From positions 4,736,001 to 4,800,000 of the forward strand of contig CBDCXR010000004.1 in NCBI GenBank assembly GCA_965223845.1: a stretch of 64,000 nt of DNA, given 5' to 3'. This DNA is from Planctomycetota bacterium. GTDB lineage: Bacteria; Planctomycetota; UBA8108; SXIK01. Every line of letters begins with the position of its first letter. The first letter of the stretch is position 1. Under the pieces are notes generated by a model. It was not told the DNA's origin, ran no database searches, and was given only the letters and a program-made list of their open reading frames with translations. This document shows positions 27,356 through 37,797 of the stretch, piece by piece. Both the position numbers and the translations under genes were made by a program.

Positions 27356-30300
27356 ATGGTCTCCACCCCCAGCCCGCAGAATGCCGGTCTCCTTTTTTCG
27401 GGCCGGTATACGCTGGTGAAGAAGCTCGGCGCCGGCAGCCTCGGTACGGTGTATCTCGCCGAGGATCTCTCGGCGAAACGCCGGGTCGCGCTCAAGGTTC
27501 TTCGCTCCGATCGCCTCGAGAGCGCCGGGCTCGAACGGCTGAAGAGCGAATTCCAGGCGATCGCTTCGCTCCGCCACCCGCAGATCGCGGCGGCGTACGA
27601 CTTCGGGTACACCGAGCCCGTATCAGGATCGACCCGCATTCCGTACTACACCCGCGAGTACGTCCCCGGAACGCCGCTTCCGCCGGGCCCTCCGCGCTCC
27701 GTCGATCTCGCGGAGTTCCTCCGGCCCATCGATGAGCTTCTCGACGCGCTCGCGTATCTTCACTCGCACGACATTCTCCACCTCGACATCCATTCGGGGA
27801 ATCTGATCGTTCCGGTGAAACCGGACCGCGGTGCCGTGCTGATCGACGTCGGCCTCGTCGGCCCCGCGTCCGCGCCATTTTCCTCGGCGCTCTTCAACTC
27901 GCACATCGGAGTTCCGCCGGAGCTGCTCGCCGGCGCGCCGCTCTCCGCCCGTTCCGACATCTATTCGGTGGGACGCCTCCTCGTTTACCGTCTGACGGGC
28001 GAATCGCTCGGCGGCGAACGACTGCCGCGGGAGATCCCCGGCTGCACCGATCGTCAGACGCGGGAGCTCGAGCGAATCATCGCCAAGGCGATGCAGCGCG
28101 ACCCCATGCAGCGCTTCGGCTCGGCCGAGGAGCTCCGCGACGCGCTTCGCCGGGCGGTCGGCTCGGAGTCGGCGGCCGGCCCCGCGAGCGCGAACGCCGA
28201 CTCCGTCGAGCCGAGCGAGACGCTCTTTGGGCGCGAGGTCGAGCTCGGCCTGATCGACTCCGCGCTGCGAAAGGCCCGCGCGGGCTCGCCACGGGCGCTC
28301 TGGCTAATCGGCGGCCACGGGATCGGGAAGAGCCGCCTCCTCACCGAGGCGCGCTGGCGGTCACAGCTTCAGGGTTTCGAAGTCGTCACGGTGCGGTTTC
28401 GTTCCCACCAGGGTGCTCCGGGCACGCTCGCGGACGCGGCGCGGGGCGTCGCCGAGGACGCCGCCTGGCTCTCGCCGCTGTCGACGGAGCACGGAGGCTC
28501 GACACCCGAGCGCGCCCGAAAAGCGGCGCAGGCCCTGGTCCGATCGAACGGTGCACCGGTCGTCTTCGTTCTCGACGACCTCGATCACGCCGACCGCGAG
28601 AGCCATCTCCTGGCGGCCGCGATTCTGGCCGAGACCGAAAACGGGAGTGGCTCGCGAGGCGTCGCGATCTTCGTCTCGAGCCGGCAGCACCCCAAGGCGC
28701 CGCAGCTCGCATCGATCTCGACGGGGGCGGCGCGCGCGCTGAGGCCACTCGGAAAGCGCGTCTCCCGGGAGCTGTTCGCTCGGTGTCTCCGCCCCCTCGA
28801 TCCTCCCGCCGCTCTCGTCGCTCGCGGAGTCGACGAGTGTGAGGGAAACCCGCTCCGCCTCCGCCAGCTCGCGCGCGCGCTACGCGCGGAGTACGGAAAC
28901 TCCGGCGCGATCCCATCGGACGCCGTCCTCCCCCGCTTCCGCTTGCGCGCAGCATCGGCGAGCGATGATCCGGTCGAGCTCGTGAGCGCTCCCGACGAGC
29001 TCGCGGCGCTCCGCGTCCTCGCGGTCCTCGGTCGCCCGGCGCGCGCCGACGAACTCGCCGCGGCGTGCGAGCTTTCGGTCGCGAGGATGCGCGCAGTCGT
29101 GCGCACGCTCGAGCGCGCAGAGCTGATTTCGTCTTCCGTGCGCGGCCGCCGCCGGATGTTCTCGCTCGACGACCCGCAGTGGAACGCGACCCTCGGAGGG
29201 ACGACGGCGGAGAGCGAAGCCCGCACGATTCACGCGCGCGTTGCGCGGCACCTCGGCGACCTCAAGCAGCCGCGTCTCCACGATCGCGAATCGAGAGTGC
29301 GCTCGCTTCTCTCGGCGGGTGAGCTCCGCGCGGGACGAGCGGAGGCAGACGTCGTCGCACGAACCCTCGCCGAGCGCGGTCACCTCGACGCGGCCGCGCA
29401 GCTCCTCGAGCGGGTGCTCCAGCATTCGACGACGCCGACGACGCGACTCGAGCTCGCCGAGGCGATCAGCGAGATGAGAGCGCTCGCGGGAGATCATGTC
29501 GAAGGACTCGCCGTCCTCGAGCCCGCGTACCGCGCCGTCGACGACCAGCTCGCCGGCCGCGACCGCGTGCGCGTCGAACGTCGCCTCGGAGTTCACTACC
29601 ACCGCGCCGGTCAGCCGGCTCAGGCGGTTGAGGTGTTTCAGAGAGCCCTCGCCGCGGCCGATGCGCAGCGCGATCGCGAAGAGCTCCTCTTCGTCCAGTC
29701 CGAGCTCGCCGAGCTGCACACCTTCCGCGGCGAATACGATGCCGCGGAGCGCGCGTGCGAGGAAGGGCTGCGCCTCCTCGCGGCCGCCCCGACGGGCTCC
29801 GGATCACCGAGCCCGCTCATGGAAGTGACGCTTCGCGCGAGCCTCGGACACCTCGAGCTCCGGCGGATGCGCTTCGATCGCGCGCGCGACGAATTCGTCG
29901 CTGCGCTCCGACTCGCCCAGAGTGGCAGCACGACGACGCAGCGCGCCCTAATCCTCAACAACCTCGGCGTTCTCTACAATCAGCGAAGCGAGTTCGCCGC
30001 GGCGGAGAGGAGCTTCCGGGCGGCCGAGAAGCTCCAGGCGGCAGCCGGCGAGCGCGGCGACCTGATTCAGACGGCGTGCAATCTCGCGCTGATTTCGGCG
30101 AAGCTCGGCGATGCGGACGCGGCCGATGCCGACATGCGACGAGCGCGGCAGCTCGTCCGAGAGAAGCCCGGCGAGCGGCTCGCGTTCACCGCGGCGATCT
30201 CGGGTGCGTTCAAGGATCACCTCTTCGGCGCGTTCGAGTCCGCTCTCGACGCTCTCCGCGACGCCATCCCGCTCGGCAAGAAGCTCGGCGATCGCTACCT

Positions 30301-32119
30301 GGTTCAGTTCGCGACGGTCTACCTCGCCGAGGCGCAGATCGGTTGCGCGCGGTACGCGGATGCGCGCCGGACGCTCGCACGGGCGGCGCGCGAAGCGAAG
30401 ACGAACGCACCACCGATCGTCGCGCGCATGGTGGCGACTCGGCTCCTCGTTCTCGATTCGCTTCTCGGTCGTCCGCGCGCCGCCCGGCGCGCGCGGAGCG
30501 ATCTCGACGCCTTTCCGCGAACCGATCTCGAGCTTCCCGAGGCGTGGAACGATCTCTTCCTCGCATTCGCCGACGCGCCGCGGTCGGAGGCGACGCGCAT
30601 CGAGCCCGAGCGCGCGCTCCGGACGTTCGCCCGTCTCGGCGTCAAGGCGGGAGAGCGATTCGTACGCGTCGCGTTCCTCTACGCGGCGATGCGGGAAAAT
30701 CGGGCGACCCGCGTTCGCTCGATCCTTCTTTCGATCGAGCGCGACGAGCCGTCGAGCCATCACCTCCTCGCGGTCCTCGAGCCGCTCGCGCGCGGAGAAG
30801 CCTGTCTCTTCCTCGGTGAATTCGAGCGGTCGGACGCGGCGCTCGACGAAGCGGCGGCGGCCATCGTCGGCGAGCCGTTCCTCGAGCTCGACTGGCGCAT
30901 CGAGTATCTGAGGGCGCGGGTGGCCGACCGGCGCGGCGACCGCGAGGCGGCGCGGCATCGACTGCACCGCGGGTTGCAGGCGCAGGACCTCATCGTGCGC
31001 GCTCTACCGACCGAATGGCGCCGGAGTTTTCTCGCGCACCCGCGATTCGCCGGACTGAACGAGCTCCGCGAGCGCCTAGAGACAACGCAGGAGCCCGTTC
31101 ACGCGCCGGGAAAACCGGGCGAAGTGTTCCCGGGATTCATCGGCACCGCGGCTCCGATCGTCGAGCTCTTCGCGACGCTCCGCCGCCTGCAGAGCATCGA
31201 CTCACCGATCCTGATCCGCGGGGAGACGGGGACGGGAAAGGAGATGATCGCGAGGATCATCCACGAGACGAGCGGCCGCCGCGGCGGTCCGTTCTACTCG
31301 GTCCACGCCGCTGCGCTGCCGGCCGAGCTGTTCGAAACGGAGCTCTTCGGCTACGAGCGCGGAGCGTTCACCGGCGCGGACGAATCGCGCCCGGGTCTCC
31401 TCGATCACCTCCGCGGCGGAACGCTCCTCATCGACGACGTCTCGCTTCTCGCGCCCGAGACGCAGATCAAGGTCCTCCGCGTACTCGAGTCCGGTGTCGT
31501 GCGCCCGGTGGGCGCCGTCGAGACGCACCCGATCGACGTGCGGTTCCTCGCGTCGACGCACGTCGACTCACGCGAGATGCTCGAGACGGGGTTGCGCGAG
31601 GATCTCTACTACCGACTCGGCGCCTTCGAAGTCGAGTTGCCCCCTCTCCGAGAGCGTGCAGAAGACATCGGCGCGCTCTTTCGACACTTCCTCGAGAAGC
31701 ACGCGCGGAAGACGGGAGAGCACGCGCCGACGGTCTCGTCCGAAGCGATCGATCGTCTCCGTGAGTACAATTGGCCGGGGAACGTCCGCGAGCTCGAGAC
31801 CGCGGCGGTCCGCGTCCTCTTCGCCGCCTCCCCCGGCGCGCACGTCACGCAAGCGGACGTCGAGCAATGGATCGACCTCGGCGATCGGCGCGCGACCGCT
31901 GCGTCGGAGGCTTGCGAGCTTCCCGAGTCGTGGCTCGAGGGAAAGGAGCTCTCGGAGCTCAGGATCGAGCTCGAACGCGCCTACATCCTGAAGGCTTTCC
32001 GCGAATCGGGCGGCGACATCGATCAGCTGATGGCCCGGCTCGGCGTAAAGCGGTCGAACCTCTACACGTGGCTCCGCCGCGTGGGGCTCGACATCCGCGC
32101 GATGCGGCGAGACTTGTAG
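27356..32119 (+). CDS. Ser/Thr kinase - AAA ATPase - TPR - sigma54 enhancer-binding (AAA+/Fis-HTH) fusion regulator
   Basis: Kinase: LGAGSLGTVY, VALK, HLDIHSGN, DVG, SDIYSVG. NTPase: GGHGIGKS, VLDDLD. TPR-like helices follow. bEBP: GETGTGKE, GAFTGA, REDLYYRL, WPGNVREL, HTH LGVKRSNLY. Confidence 0.9.
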   Translation: MVSTPSPQNAGLLFSGRYTLVKKLGAGSLGTVYLAEDLSAKRRVALKVLRSDRLESAGLERLKSEFQAIASLRHPQIAAAYDFGYTEPVSGSTRIPYYTREYVPGTPLPPGPPRSVDLAEFLRPIDELLDALAYLHSHDILHLDIHSGNLIVPVKPDRGAVLIDVGLVGPASAPFSSALFNSHIGVPPELLAGAPLSARSDIYSVGRLLVYRLTGESLGGERLPREIPGCTDRQTRELERIIAKAMQRDPMQRFGSAEELRDALRRAVGSESAAGPASANADSVEPSETLFGREVELGLIDSALRKARAGSPRALWLIGGHGIGKSRLLTEARWRSQLQGFEVVTVRFRSHQGAPGTLADAARGVAEDAAWLSPLSTEHGGSTPERARKAAQALVRSNGAPVVFVLDDLDHADRESHLLAAAILAETENGSGSRGVAIFVSSRQHPKAPQLASISTGAARALRPLGKRVSRELFARCLRPLDPPAALVARGVDECEGNPLRLRQLARALRAEYGNSGAIPSDAVLPRFRLRAASASDDPVELVSAPDELAALRVLAVLGRPARADELAAACELSVARMRAVVRTLERAELISSSVRGRRRMFSLDDPQWNATLGGTTAESEARTIHARVARHLGDLKQPRLHDRESRVRSLLSAGELRAGRAEADVVARTLAERGHLDAAAQLLERVLQHSTTPTTRLELAEAISEMRALAGDHVEGLAVLEPAYRAVDDQLAGRDRVRVERRLGVHYHRAGQPAQAVEVFQRALAAADAQRDREELLFVQSELAELHTFRGEYDAAERACEEGLRLLAAAPTGSGSPSPLMEVTLRASLGHLELRRMRFDRARDEFVAALRLAQSGSTTTQRALILNNLGVLYNQRSEFAAAERSFRAAEKLQAAAGERGDLIQTACNLALISAKLGDADAADADMRRARQLVREKPGERLAFTAAISGAFKDHLFGAFESALDALRDAIPLGKKLGDRYLVQFATVYLAEAQIGCARYADARRTLARAAREAKTNAPPIVARMVATRLLVLDSLLGRPRAARRARSDLDAFPRTDLELPEAWNDLFLAFADAPRSEATRIEPERALRTFARLGVKAGERFVRVAFLYAAMRENRATRVRSILLSIERDEPSSHHLLAVLEPLARGEACLFLGEFERSDAALDEAAAAIVGEPFLELDWRIEYLRARVADRRGDREAARHRLHRGLQAQDLIVRALPTEWRRSFLAHPRFAGLNELRERLETTQEPVHAPGKPGEVFPGFIGTAAPIVELFATLRRLQSIDSPILIRGETGTGKEMIARIIHETSGRRGGPFYSVHAAALPAELFETELFGYERGAFTGADESRPGLLDHLRGGTLLIDDVSLLAPETQIKVLRVLESGVVRPVGAVETHPIDVRFLASTHVDSREMLETGLREDLYYRLGAFEVELPPLRERAEDIGALFRHFLEKHARKTGEHAPTVSSEAIDRLREYNWPGNVRELETAAVRVLFAASPGAHVTQADVEQWIDLGDRRATAASEACELPESWLEGKELSELRIELERAYILKAFRESGGDIDQLMARLGVKRSNLYTWLRRVGLDIRAMRRDL

Positions 32120-32175
32120 CGCCCGGCGTCCCGCTCCGGAGCCGGCGAGCGAGATGCCGGACGCACGCGTCGATC

Positions 32176-34944
32176 CTATCTGAGGCAGGGCCCGAGCTCA
32201 TCGGGAGTCGGGTCGAGTCCTTCCTGTGGATAGGGTGGAGCGATCGTCGCCGTCGGCGTGAACAGCGTGTTGAGGACCGACATCGCGTCCGCGATCGTCA
32301 GCACTCCATCGTCGTCGGCGTCCGCGGCATCGGGGCACGAGGGTGGACCGCCGTCGGCAAAGAGATAATTTAGAACGAAGAGCGGATCAGCGATGTTGAG
32401 GTCGTCGTCGCCGTTCGCATCGCCGCGGAAGATGATCACCTCGCCGATGATCTGCATGACGCCGTCCTCGAGAACGGGAAGAATCGACGCGAAGCGCGCG
32501 CTCCCGCGGTGAGTGAGCTCGTTGCGAAGCTTCAGTTCGCCGATGCCCTCGCCGTCGTCGCCGTTCGTGAGATCGAGAGTCACCGTTCCCGGTTCTGCGT
32601 CCCCCGCGACGCGAAGGGGCACGCTAAAGACGTGCCAGTCGTCGCCGGGAGGAAGCTCGAAGTTCGGGCTCACGAGGCTCGGAATGAACCCGATGGCGAG
32701 GAGCCCGTCCTCGATCTCGCTGACGAGATGGAAGGGAGCGTCGAGCTCGCGATCGTAAACGCTTCCGGTGAACGCGAGATTCTCCGGACTCTCGGCGAGG
32801 TCGACTTCCGGGCCCATGCGAACGAAGAGCTGGAAGGCTTCGACCTCGATCGTATTCGAGACGAAGATCGGCACTTCGACGAGCTGCCCGGGCGCGGCGG
32901 TGACGTCACCCACTCGAATGACATCGTCCGTTTCCGAGGGCGGAACCGGGTCGTACGCGGCGCAGTGGAGACCATCGTCCGTCGGATCATCCCCGATCTC
33001 GGCGTAAGGCGGCGGTATCGCCGGACCGTCGAGGAATGCGTTCGCTACGATGAAAATCACGTCGGAAAGATCGACTGTACCGTCGTCATTCACATCGCCC
33101 GCGTCGTAGCAACGAGGCGCGAGGTCTCCGAGAAAGAGAAAGCGTCGCAGCAGCAGAGCATCCGAAATCGAGATCTTTCCGTCTTCGTTCGCGTCGCCGC
33201 GGAGGAAGGGAACGCTCCCCTCGGGCGGAACGGGAGGAGGCGGAGGAGGAGCAGGCGGAGGCCCGCAATCGCCGACGTCCGGAGCGCCGTCCGCGTCGCG
33301 CGGACACCCATCTGCGATGTCCGCCGGAACGGTGAGAGTGCCGCCGTCGGTCCGCGCCGGAATGCGCCTCGAGGTCACGTCGTCGACAAGAGCAGCGTCC
33401 GCGAGCTCGATGGCGTAGTCGCCGGCCGCCGTCCCGCCGGCGAGGCAGATGTCGAGCGTGAGCACGGGCTCGGCCGAACCACCGGGAATCGATCTCGGCT
33501 CGGAGATCGAAGCGAGAAAGCTAACGCGGAGCCCGTCGTCATTGAACGCGGCGTACTGGAATCCGCTCGCGAACGATCCGGAGAGATCCGTGATCTCGAC
33601 GACATCCGCGATGACATCTCCTTCGGCGATGAGGGTCGCGGTGTAACCGGCCACCGAATCCGTGTTCGTCAGCGAAAGCGTGAGCGACGCCCCACCGCTC
33701 GCGTCCGCGGTCGCGTCGAGAAGCCCGATCTCGGCGGCCGGGTCGTCGATTGGAGTGCCTTCTCCGTAGACCGCGCAGTGAAGTCGGTCGTCCGTCGGAT
33801 CGGGTCCTACGTCGGGAAACGGCGGACAGGGGGTGCCGCCGGCGACGTCGGAGATCAAGATCATGATGACGTCGCTCAAGTCGAGAGCGCCGTCGTCATT
33901 GAAGTCACCTGCGTCCTGACAGGGAATCGATCCTCCCTGGAAGAGAAACTCCAGCGTGCGCGCGCCGTCGGCAAGACCGACGACACCGTCGCCATCGACG
34001 TCGCCGCGGACGAAATCCACCGACTCGCCCGGAGGCGGCGGCGGTGGCCCGGGCGGCGGACCTGGCGGGCTTCCCGGATCGCAGGCCTCAGCGTCCGTCG
34101 TCTCTGGTGACGGGCAGCCGGCGCCGCCGGGGAGCCCGGCGGGTACGACGACCGTTCCCGCCGACGTCGCCGCGTCGATCGCGCGCGAAGAGTCGAGCTC
34201 GGTGAGCTCGGCCCCCTCGAACGCCGCCGCGTACTCCCCGGGAGCGGTGCCCTCGACGAGGCATACGTCGATCTCGAGAACGGGGCGGCTCTCCCCCGGC
34301 TCGATCGCGACGTTCTCGACGAACGAGGCGAGATACCCGAAGCGAAGAATCCCGCCGCGCACCGTGGCGATCTCGAATTTCGTCGCGTCCGGGTCGCCGA
34401 AGAGATCGCGCGTCTCGGCTTCCGCGTTCGCGATCACGTCGCCGTCGAAACGGACGACTCCGGCGTAGGCCGATACGGGAACGGAGCTCGACAGGAGAAC
34501 GCGAAGCGTCAAGACCCCTTCGTCGCTGACGTCGCCGACCTCGACCTCGAGTCGCGCCGATGGATCGTCGAACTTCTCGCGCTCACCGTAGCTCTCGCAG
34601 GGGAGCTCCGGAGAGGTGGGATCTTCCCCCTCGTTCGCGAACGGCGCGCAGGGCGGTGCGGCTCCATTGTAGAAGTGGTTGAGGAGAGCGATCGGATCGG
34701 AGAGATCGATGTTGCCATCGTCGTTTACGTCACCGGTCGCCCAGCAATCGGGATCGTCGCCGCTGCGGAAGAGCCAGTTGAGCGTGTACTGCGTGTCGGA
34801 GATCGTCACCTCGCGATCACTGTTCGTGTCACCGCGGATGAAGGTTTGCGCGTCCGAGCTCGTCGCTCCGAACGCGAGGATCGCCGCCAGCCCCACGAGC
34901 ACAGCCTCGGCACGTCGAACGCGCCGGCGTCGTCGATGGATCAC
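32176..34944 (-). CDS. Secreted protein with 4 planctomycete-type dockerin modules alternating with 3 cohesin-like beta-sandwich domains
   Basis: Signal peptide ending SSDA-Q. FIRGDTNSD, FVRGDVDGD, FLRGDANED and IFRGDANGD modules each have a second C..A.D.NDDG loop. Poly-Pro linkers. Start uncertain (GTG 34944 or ATG 34968). Confidence 0.8.
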   Translation of the reverse strand: MIHRRRRRVRRAEAVLVGLAAILAFGATSSDAQTFIRGDTNSDREVTISDTQYTLNWLFRSGDDPDCWATGDVNDDGNIDLSDPIALLNHFYNGAAPPCAPFANEGEDPTSPELPCESYGEREKFDDPSARLEVEVGDVSDEGVLTLRVLLSSSVPVSAYAGVVRFDGDVIANAEAETRDLFGDPDATKFEIATVRGGILRFGYLASFVENVAIEPGESRPVLEIDVCLVEGTAPGEYAAAFEGAELTELDSSRAIDAATSAGTVVVPAGLPGGAGCPSPETTDAEACDPGSPPGPPPGPPPPPPGESVDFVRGDVDGDGVVGLADGARTLEFLFQGGSIPCQDAGDFNDDGALDLSDVIMILISDVAGGTPCPPFPDVGPDPTDDRLHCAVYGEGTPIDDPAAEIGLLDATADASGGASLTLSLTNTDSVAGYTATLIAEGDVIADVVEITDLSGSFASGFQYAAFNDDGLRVSFLASISEPRSIPGGSAEPVLTLDICLAGGTAAGDYAIELADAALVDDVTSRRIPARTDGGTLTVPADIADGCPRDADGAPDVGDCGPPPAPPPPPPVPPEGSVPFLRGDANEDGKISISDALLLRRFLFLGDLAPRCYDAGDVNDDGTVDLSDVIFIVANAFLDGPAIPPPYAEIGDDPTDDGLHCAAYDPVPPSETDDVIRVGDVTAAPGQLVEVPIFVSNTIEVEAFQLFVRMGPEVDLAESPENLAFTGSVYDRELDAPFHLVSEIEDGLLAIGFIPSLVSPNFELPPGDDWHVFSVPLRVAGDAEPGTVTLDLTNGDDGEGIGELKLRNELTHRGSARFASILPVLEDGVMQIIGEVIIFRGDANGDDDLNIADPLFVLNYLFADGGPPSCPDAADADDDGVLTIADAMSVLNTLFTPTATIAPPYPQEGLDPTPDELGPCLR

Positions 34945-35046
34945 TTCCCGTCCCTCCCGCGAACCCATGCACCTCGGAGTCTCACCTCTCGCGGGGTGAG
35001 CCCACCTCGCCCGCCCGGCGGAGGGTACAATCCCCCCACCGGCATC

Positions 35047-35063
35047 GAGCAAACGATGTTCCC
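35047..35063 (-). promoter_or_regulatory. Sigma54 (-24/-12) promoter
   Basis: Minus strand GGGAACATCGTTTGCTC = GG-N10-GC with TTGC, ~100 nt upstream of the dockerin/cohesin gene. Confidence 0.65.
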
Positions 35064-35451
35064 CGAACCCGAATGCGAGCCGAGTTCTAGACGATCCGGC
35101 GGGAGCTCGTCGCAGCTCGTCCGCCGCCCCCGGCGGCGCCCGATCGACCGGCTGAACGCAATCTCTCGAAACGGGAACGACTTACGCGCGCGAGTGGCGC
35201 GAAAGATCGGGTGGCGGGACCGATCTCGGCGGTGCGAACGCCACTCGTGATTCGAGCCCGCTCAACGTCTCGAACGACGGAAACGTAAAGCCCGGCTTAC
35301 TCTCCCCGCCGAGGTTTCCGATCGGGTCGGAATCGTTCTCGTGAGACGAAAGAAAGGGAAGCGCCGAGGTCGACGCTTCCCTTCTGAGAGTGTGCGGATC
35401 CGTCGCGTTCGAGATCAGCGGAGACTCGTCCGCCACTTCCGGCAGCTGCAG

Positions 35452-37446
35452 CTACCGGTCGACGTTGCTCGCCCCGGAACGGCACACGTCGAGCTCGTCC
35501 TCCGTCGGATCCACGCCCAGATTCGGGTAGGGAGGAGCGATGATCTGATCCGACGTGAAGAGCGTCATGAGAACCGCGGTCGCATCCGCGAGCGTCACCT
35601 CACCGTCGTCGTCGGCATCCGCTGCGTCGGGACAGGACGGGTCGGCCCCGTCGGAGAAGAGGAAGTTCAGGATGTAGAGTGGGTCCGCGATGTTGAGCTT
35701 CTGGTCGTCGTTCGCATCGCCACGGAAGATGATGATCTCGCCGACGATCTGCATGAATCCGTCTTCGAGCTGCGGGCGGATCGACGCGAAGCGCGCGTCG
35801 CCGTTGTGCGTGAGCTCGTTCCGGAGCTCGTACGGCCCGACCCCCTCGCCGTCTTCGCCGTTCGTGAGATGGAGCGTCATCGTCCCCGGCTCAGCCGTTT
35901 CCTTCACCTTGAGGGAAATGTTGAAAACGTGCCATTCGTCTCCCGCCGGCAGTTCGAAGGTCGGATCGATGAGGCTCGGGATGAATCCGACGGCGATCAG
36001 CCCTTCGTCCATCCATCGTGCCGCGTGGAACGGCGCCTCGAGCTCGCGATCGTAGAACGATCCTGCGAAGGAGAGGTGCACCAGTCCTTCGGCCGGTTCG
36101 ATCTCGGGGCCGACCTCGAGGAATAACTGGAATGCCTCGACCGGGACGTCGTTCGACACGTAGATCGGAACGTCGACGACTTCGCCGGGAGCGGCGACGA
36201 CATCGCCGACGCGGATGACATCTGTAGTCACCGCGGGCGGTACCGGATCGTACACGGCGCAGTGGAGCCCGTCCGCCGTCGGGTCGTCGCCAGGAACGCC
36301 GAGCGGCGCGGGGAACGCGGGTCCGCCAAAGAGGAGTGCGTTGACCAGAAAAATCGGATCCGTGATGTTGACGGTTCCGTCGTCGTTGGCGTCCCCAGAG
36401 TCGCTGCAGCCCAGAGTCCGATCTCCGAAGAAGAGAAAGCGGCGAAGAAGGAGCGCGTCGGAGAGTGTGACGATGCCGTCCTCATTTGCGTCTCCGCGAA
36501 CGAAGGGCACGCTACCTCCGGGGGGAGGTGGCGGAGGAGGTGGCGGCGGCGGAGGCGGCGGCGGTCCGGATTCGTCGAGACAGCCCTCGAGATTCACTAG
36601 CTCTTTGGACTCGCAGCCCGCTCCCGGGGCGAGGTCCTCGCTGAGCGAGATCGTCCCCGCCGACGTTGCGGGCGAGATCGAACGCGCCGACTCCGCGTCG
36701 ACGAGCTCGGCCGAGGCGACCGTGAGACCGTAGTCGCCGGCGCCCGTCCCCGCCGCGAGACACACGGAGAGGCTCGCGACGGGCACGTCCTCTCCAGCCG
36801 GGATCGAGAACCCTTCGTTGAACGACACGATGAAGCCGGCAGTGAGCACGCCATCGTAGACGCGGGTCATATTGAAGTCGGCACTCTCCGACGCGAGATT
36901 GGTGCTCACGACTTCCTGGTCCGCGATGACGCCCCCGTCGAACTCGACCGAGATGGAGTATCCGGCGATGGGCGCCGAGTTCGAGACGAGAACGGTCAGC
37001 GTCACGCTCCCGTCTGCGTCCACGCCGTCGACGGCCACCTCGAGACCGGCACCGGGATCCTCGAGCGGACTCCCGTTCCCGTACTCTTCGCACGGAAAGC
37101 CGGATCCGGACGGATCCTCTCCCTCAGTGGGGAACGGCTCGCACGGCGCCGGACCGCCGTTGTAGAAGTGATTGAGGAGCGCGATGGGATCGACGATGCT
37201 GATCTGGTTGTCGCTGTTCACGTCTGCGGAGGAGAGACACGAAGGCCCGTCCTTCGCCCGAAAGAGCCAGCCCAACGTGAAGTAGGTATCCGCGATCGTC
37301 ACGGCGCGATCACCATTCGCGTCGCCGCGGATGAACGTCTGCGCTCGGATCGCCGGCGTGGCGAACAGCACCAATAGGAGCCCCGTCGCGGCGACGACCG
37401 TCGTTGCGACTCGTGCCGGGTTCTGCTTTGAATTCATGGCGAACAC
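35452..37446 (-). CDS. Paralogous secreted protein with 3 dockerin and 2 cohesin-like domains
   Basis: Signal peptide ending IRA-Q; FIRGDANGD, FVRGDANED, IFRGDANDD; long poly-Pro linker; C-terminal half highly similar to 32176-34944. Confidence 0.82.
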   Translation of the reverse strand: MFAMNSKQNPARVATTVVAATGLLLVLFATPAIRAQTFIRGDANGDRAVTIADTYFTLGWLFRAKDGPSCLSSADVNSDNQISIVDPIALLNHFYNGGPAPCEPFPTEGEDPSGSGFPCEEYGNGSPLEDPGAGLEVAVDGVDADGSVTLTVLVSNSAPIAGYSISVEFDGGVIADQEVVSTNLASESADFNMTRVYDGVLTAGFIVSFNEGFSIPAGEDVPVASLSVCLAAGTGAGDYGLTVASAELVDAESARSISPATSAGTISLSEDLAPGAGCESKELVNLEGCLDESGPPPPPPPPPPPPPPPGGSVPFVRGDANEDGIVTLSDALLLRRFLFFGDRTLGCSDSGDANDDGTVNITDPIFLVNALLFGGPAFPAPLGVPGDDPTADGLHCAVYDPVPPAVTTDVIRVGDVVAAPGEVVDVPIYVSNDVPVEAFQLFLEVGPEIEPAEGLVHLSFAGSFYDRELEAPFHAARWMDEGLIAVGFIPSLIDPTFELPAGDEWHVFNISLKVKETAEPGTMTLHLTNGEDGEGVGPYELRNELTHNGDARFASIRPQLEDGFMQIVGEIIIFRGDANDDQKLNIADPLYILNFLFSDGADPSCPDAADADDDGEVTLADATAVLMTLFTSDQIIAPPYPNLGVDPTEDELDVCRSGASNVDR

Positions 37447-37565
37447 TCGTCCCCTCTCTCAAGCCTCGAAGACCGCGGGAGCACCGCGCTCCCACCGGTC
37501 CGCACGTTCTCCCCGGGTTCGGCCTCAACCCGGGCCCACACCCACTCCTCTACGCTTCCCCGATT

Positions 37566-37582
37566 GAGCAAAGCGTGTTCCG
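37566..37582 (-). promoter_or_regulatory. Sigma54 (-24/-12) promoter
   Basis: Minus strand CGGAACACGCTTTGCTC = GG-N10-GC, nearly identical to the element at 35047-35063. Confidence 0.68.
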
Positions 37583-37797
37583 CGGCTCGAAAACGCGGCG
37601 AGACGATTGCACGCAACCAGCTTCGTCGTTATAGGTTACGGGCGATTCCTCGAGACGCCGGTGCCCGCGCGCCGTAAAGCAGCACTTACCGCGGTCGGGC
37701 GTGGATTCCGATCGCATCGGAATCGGCCCCGCGATTTCGACGGGCTTCCCGAGCGCCCGGTCGGCCTGGACCGAGCGCGGCGAAAGAGCAGGAGTTC

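Noticed and set aside
36520-36566. GGC/GGA/GGT trinucleotide run as a possible contingency repeat
   Set aside because: It is a synonymous-codon-mixed poly-proline linker inside a CDS, not a pure slippage tract.
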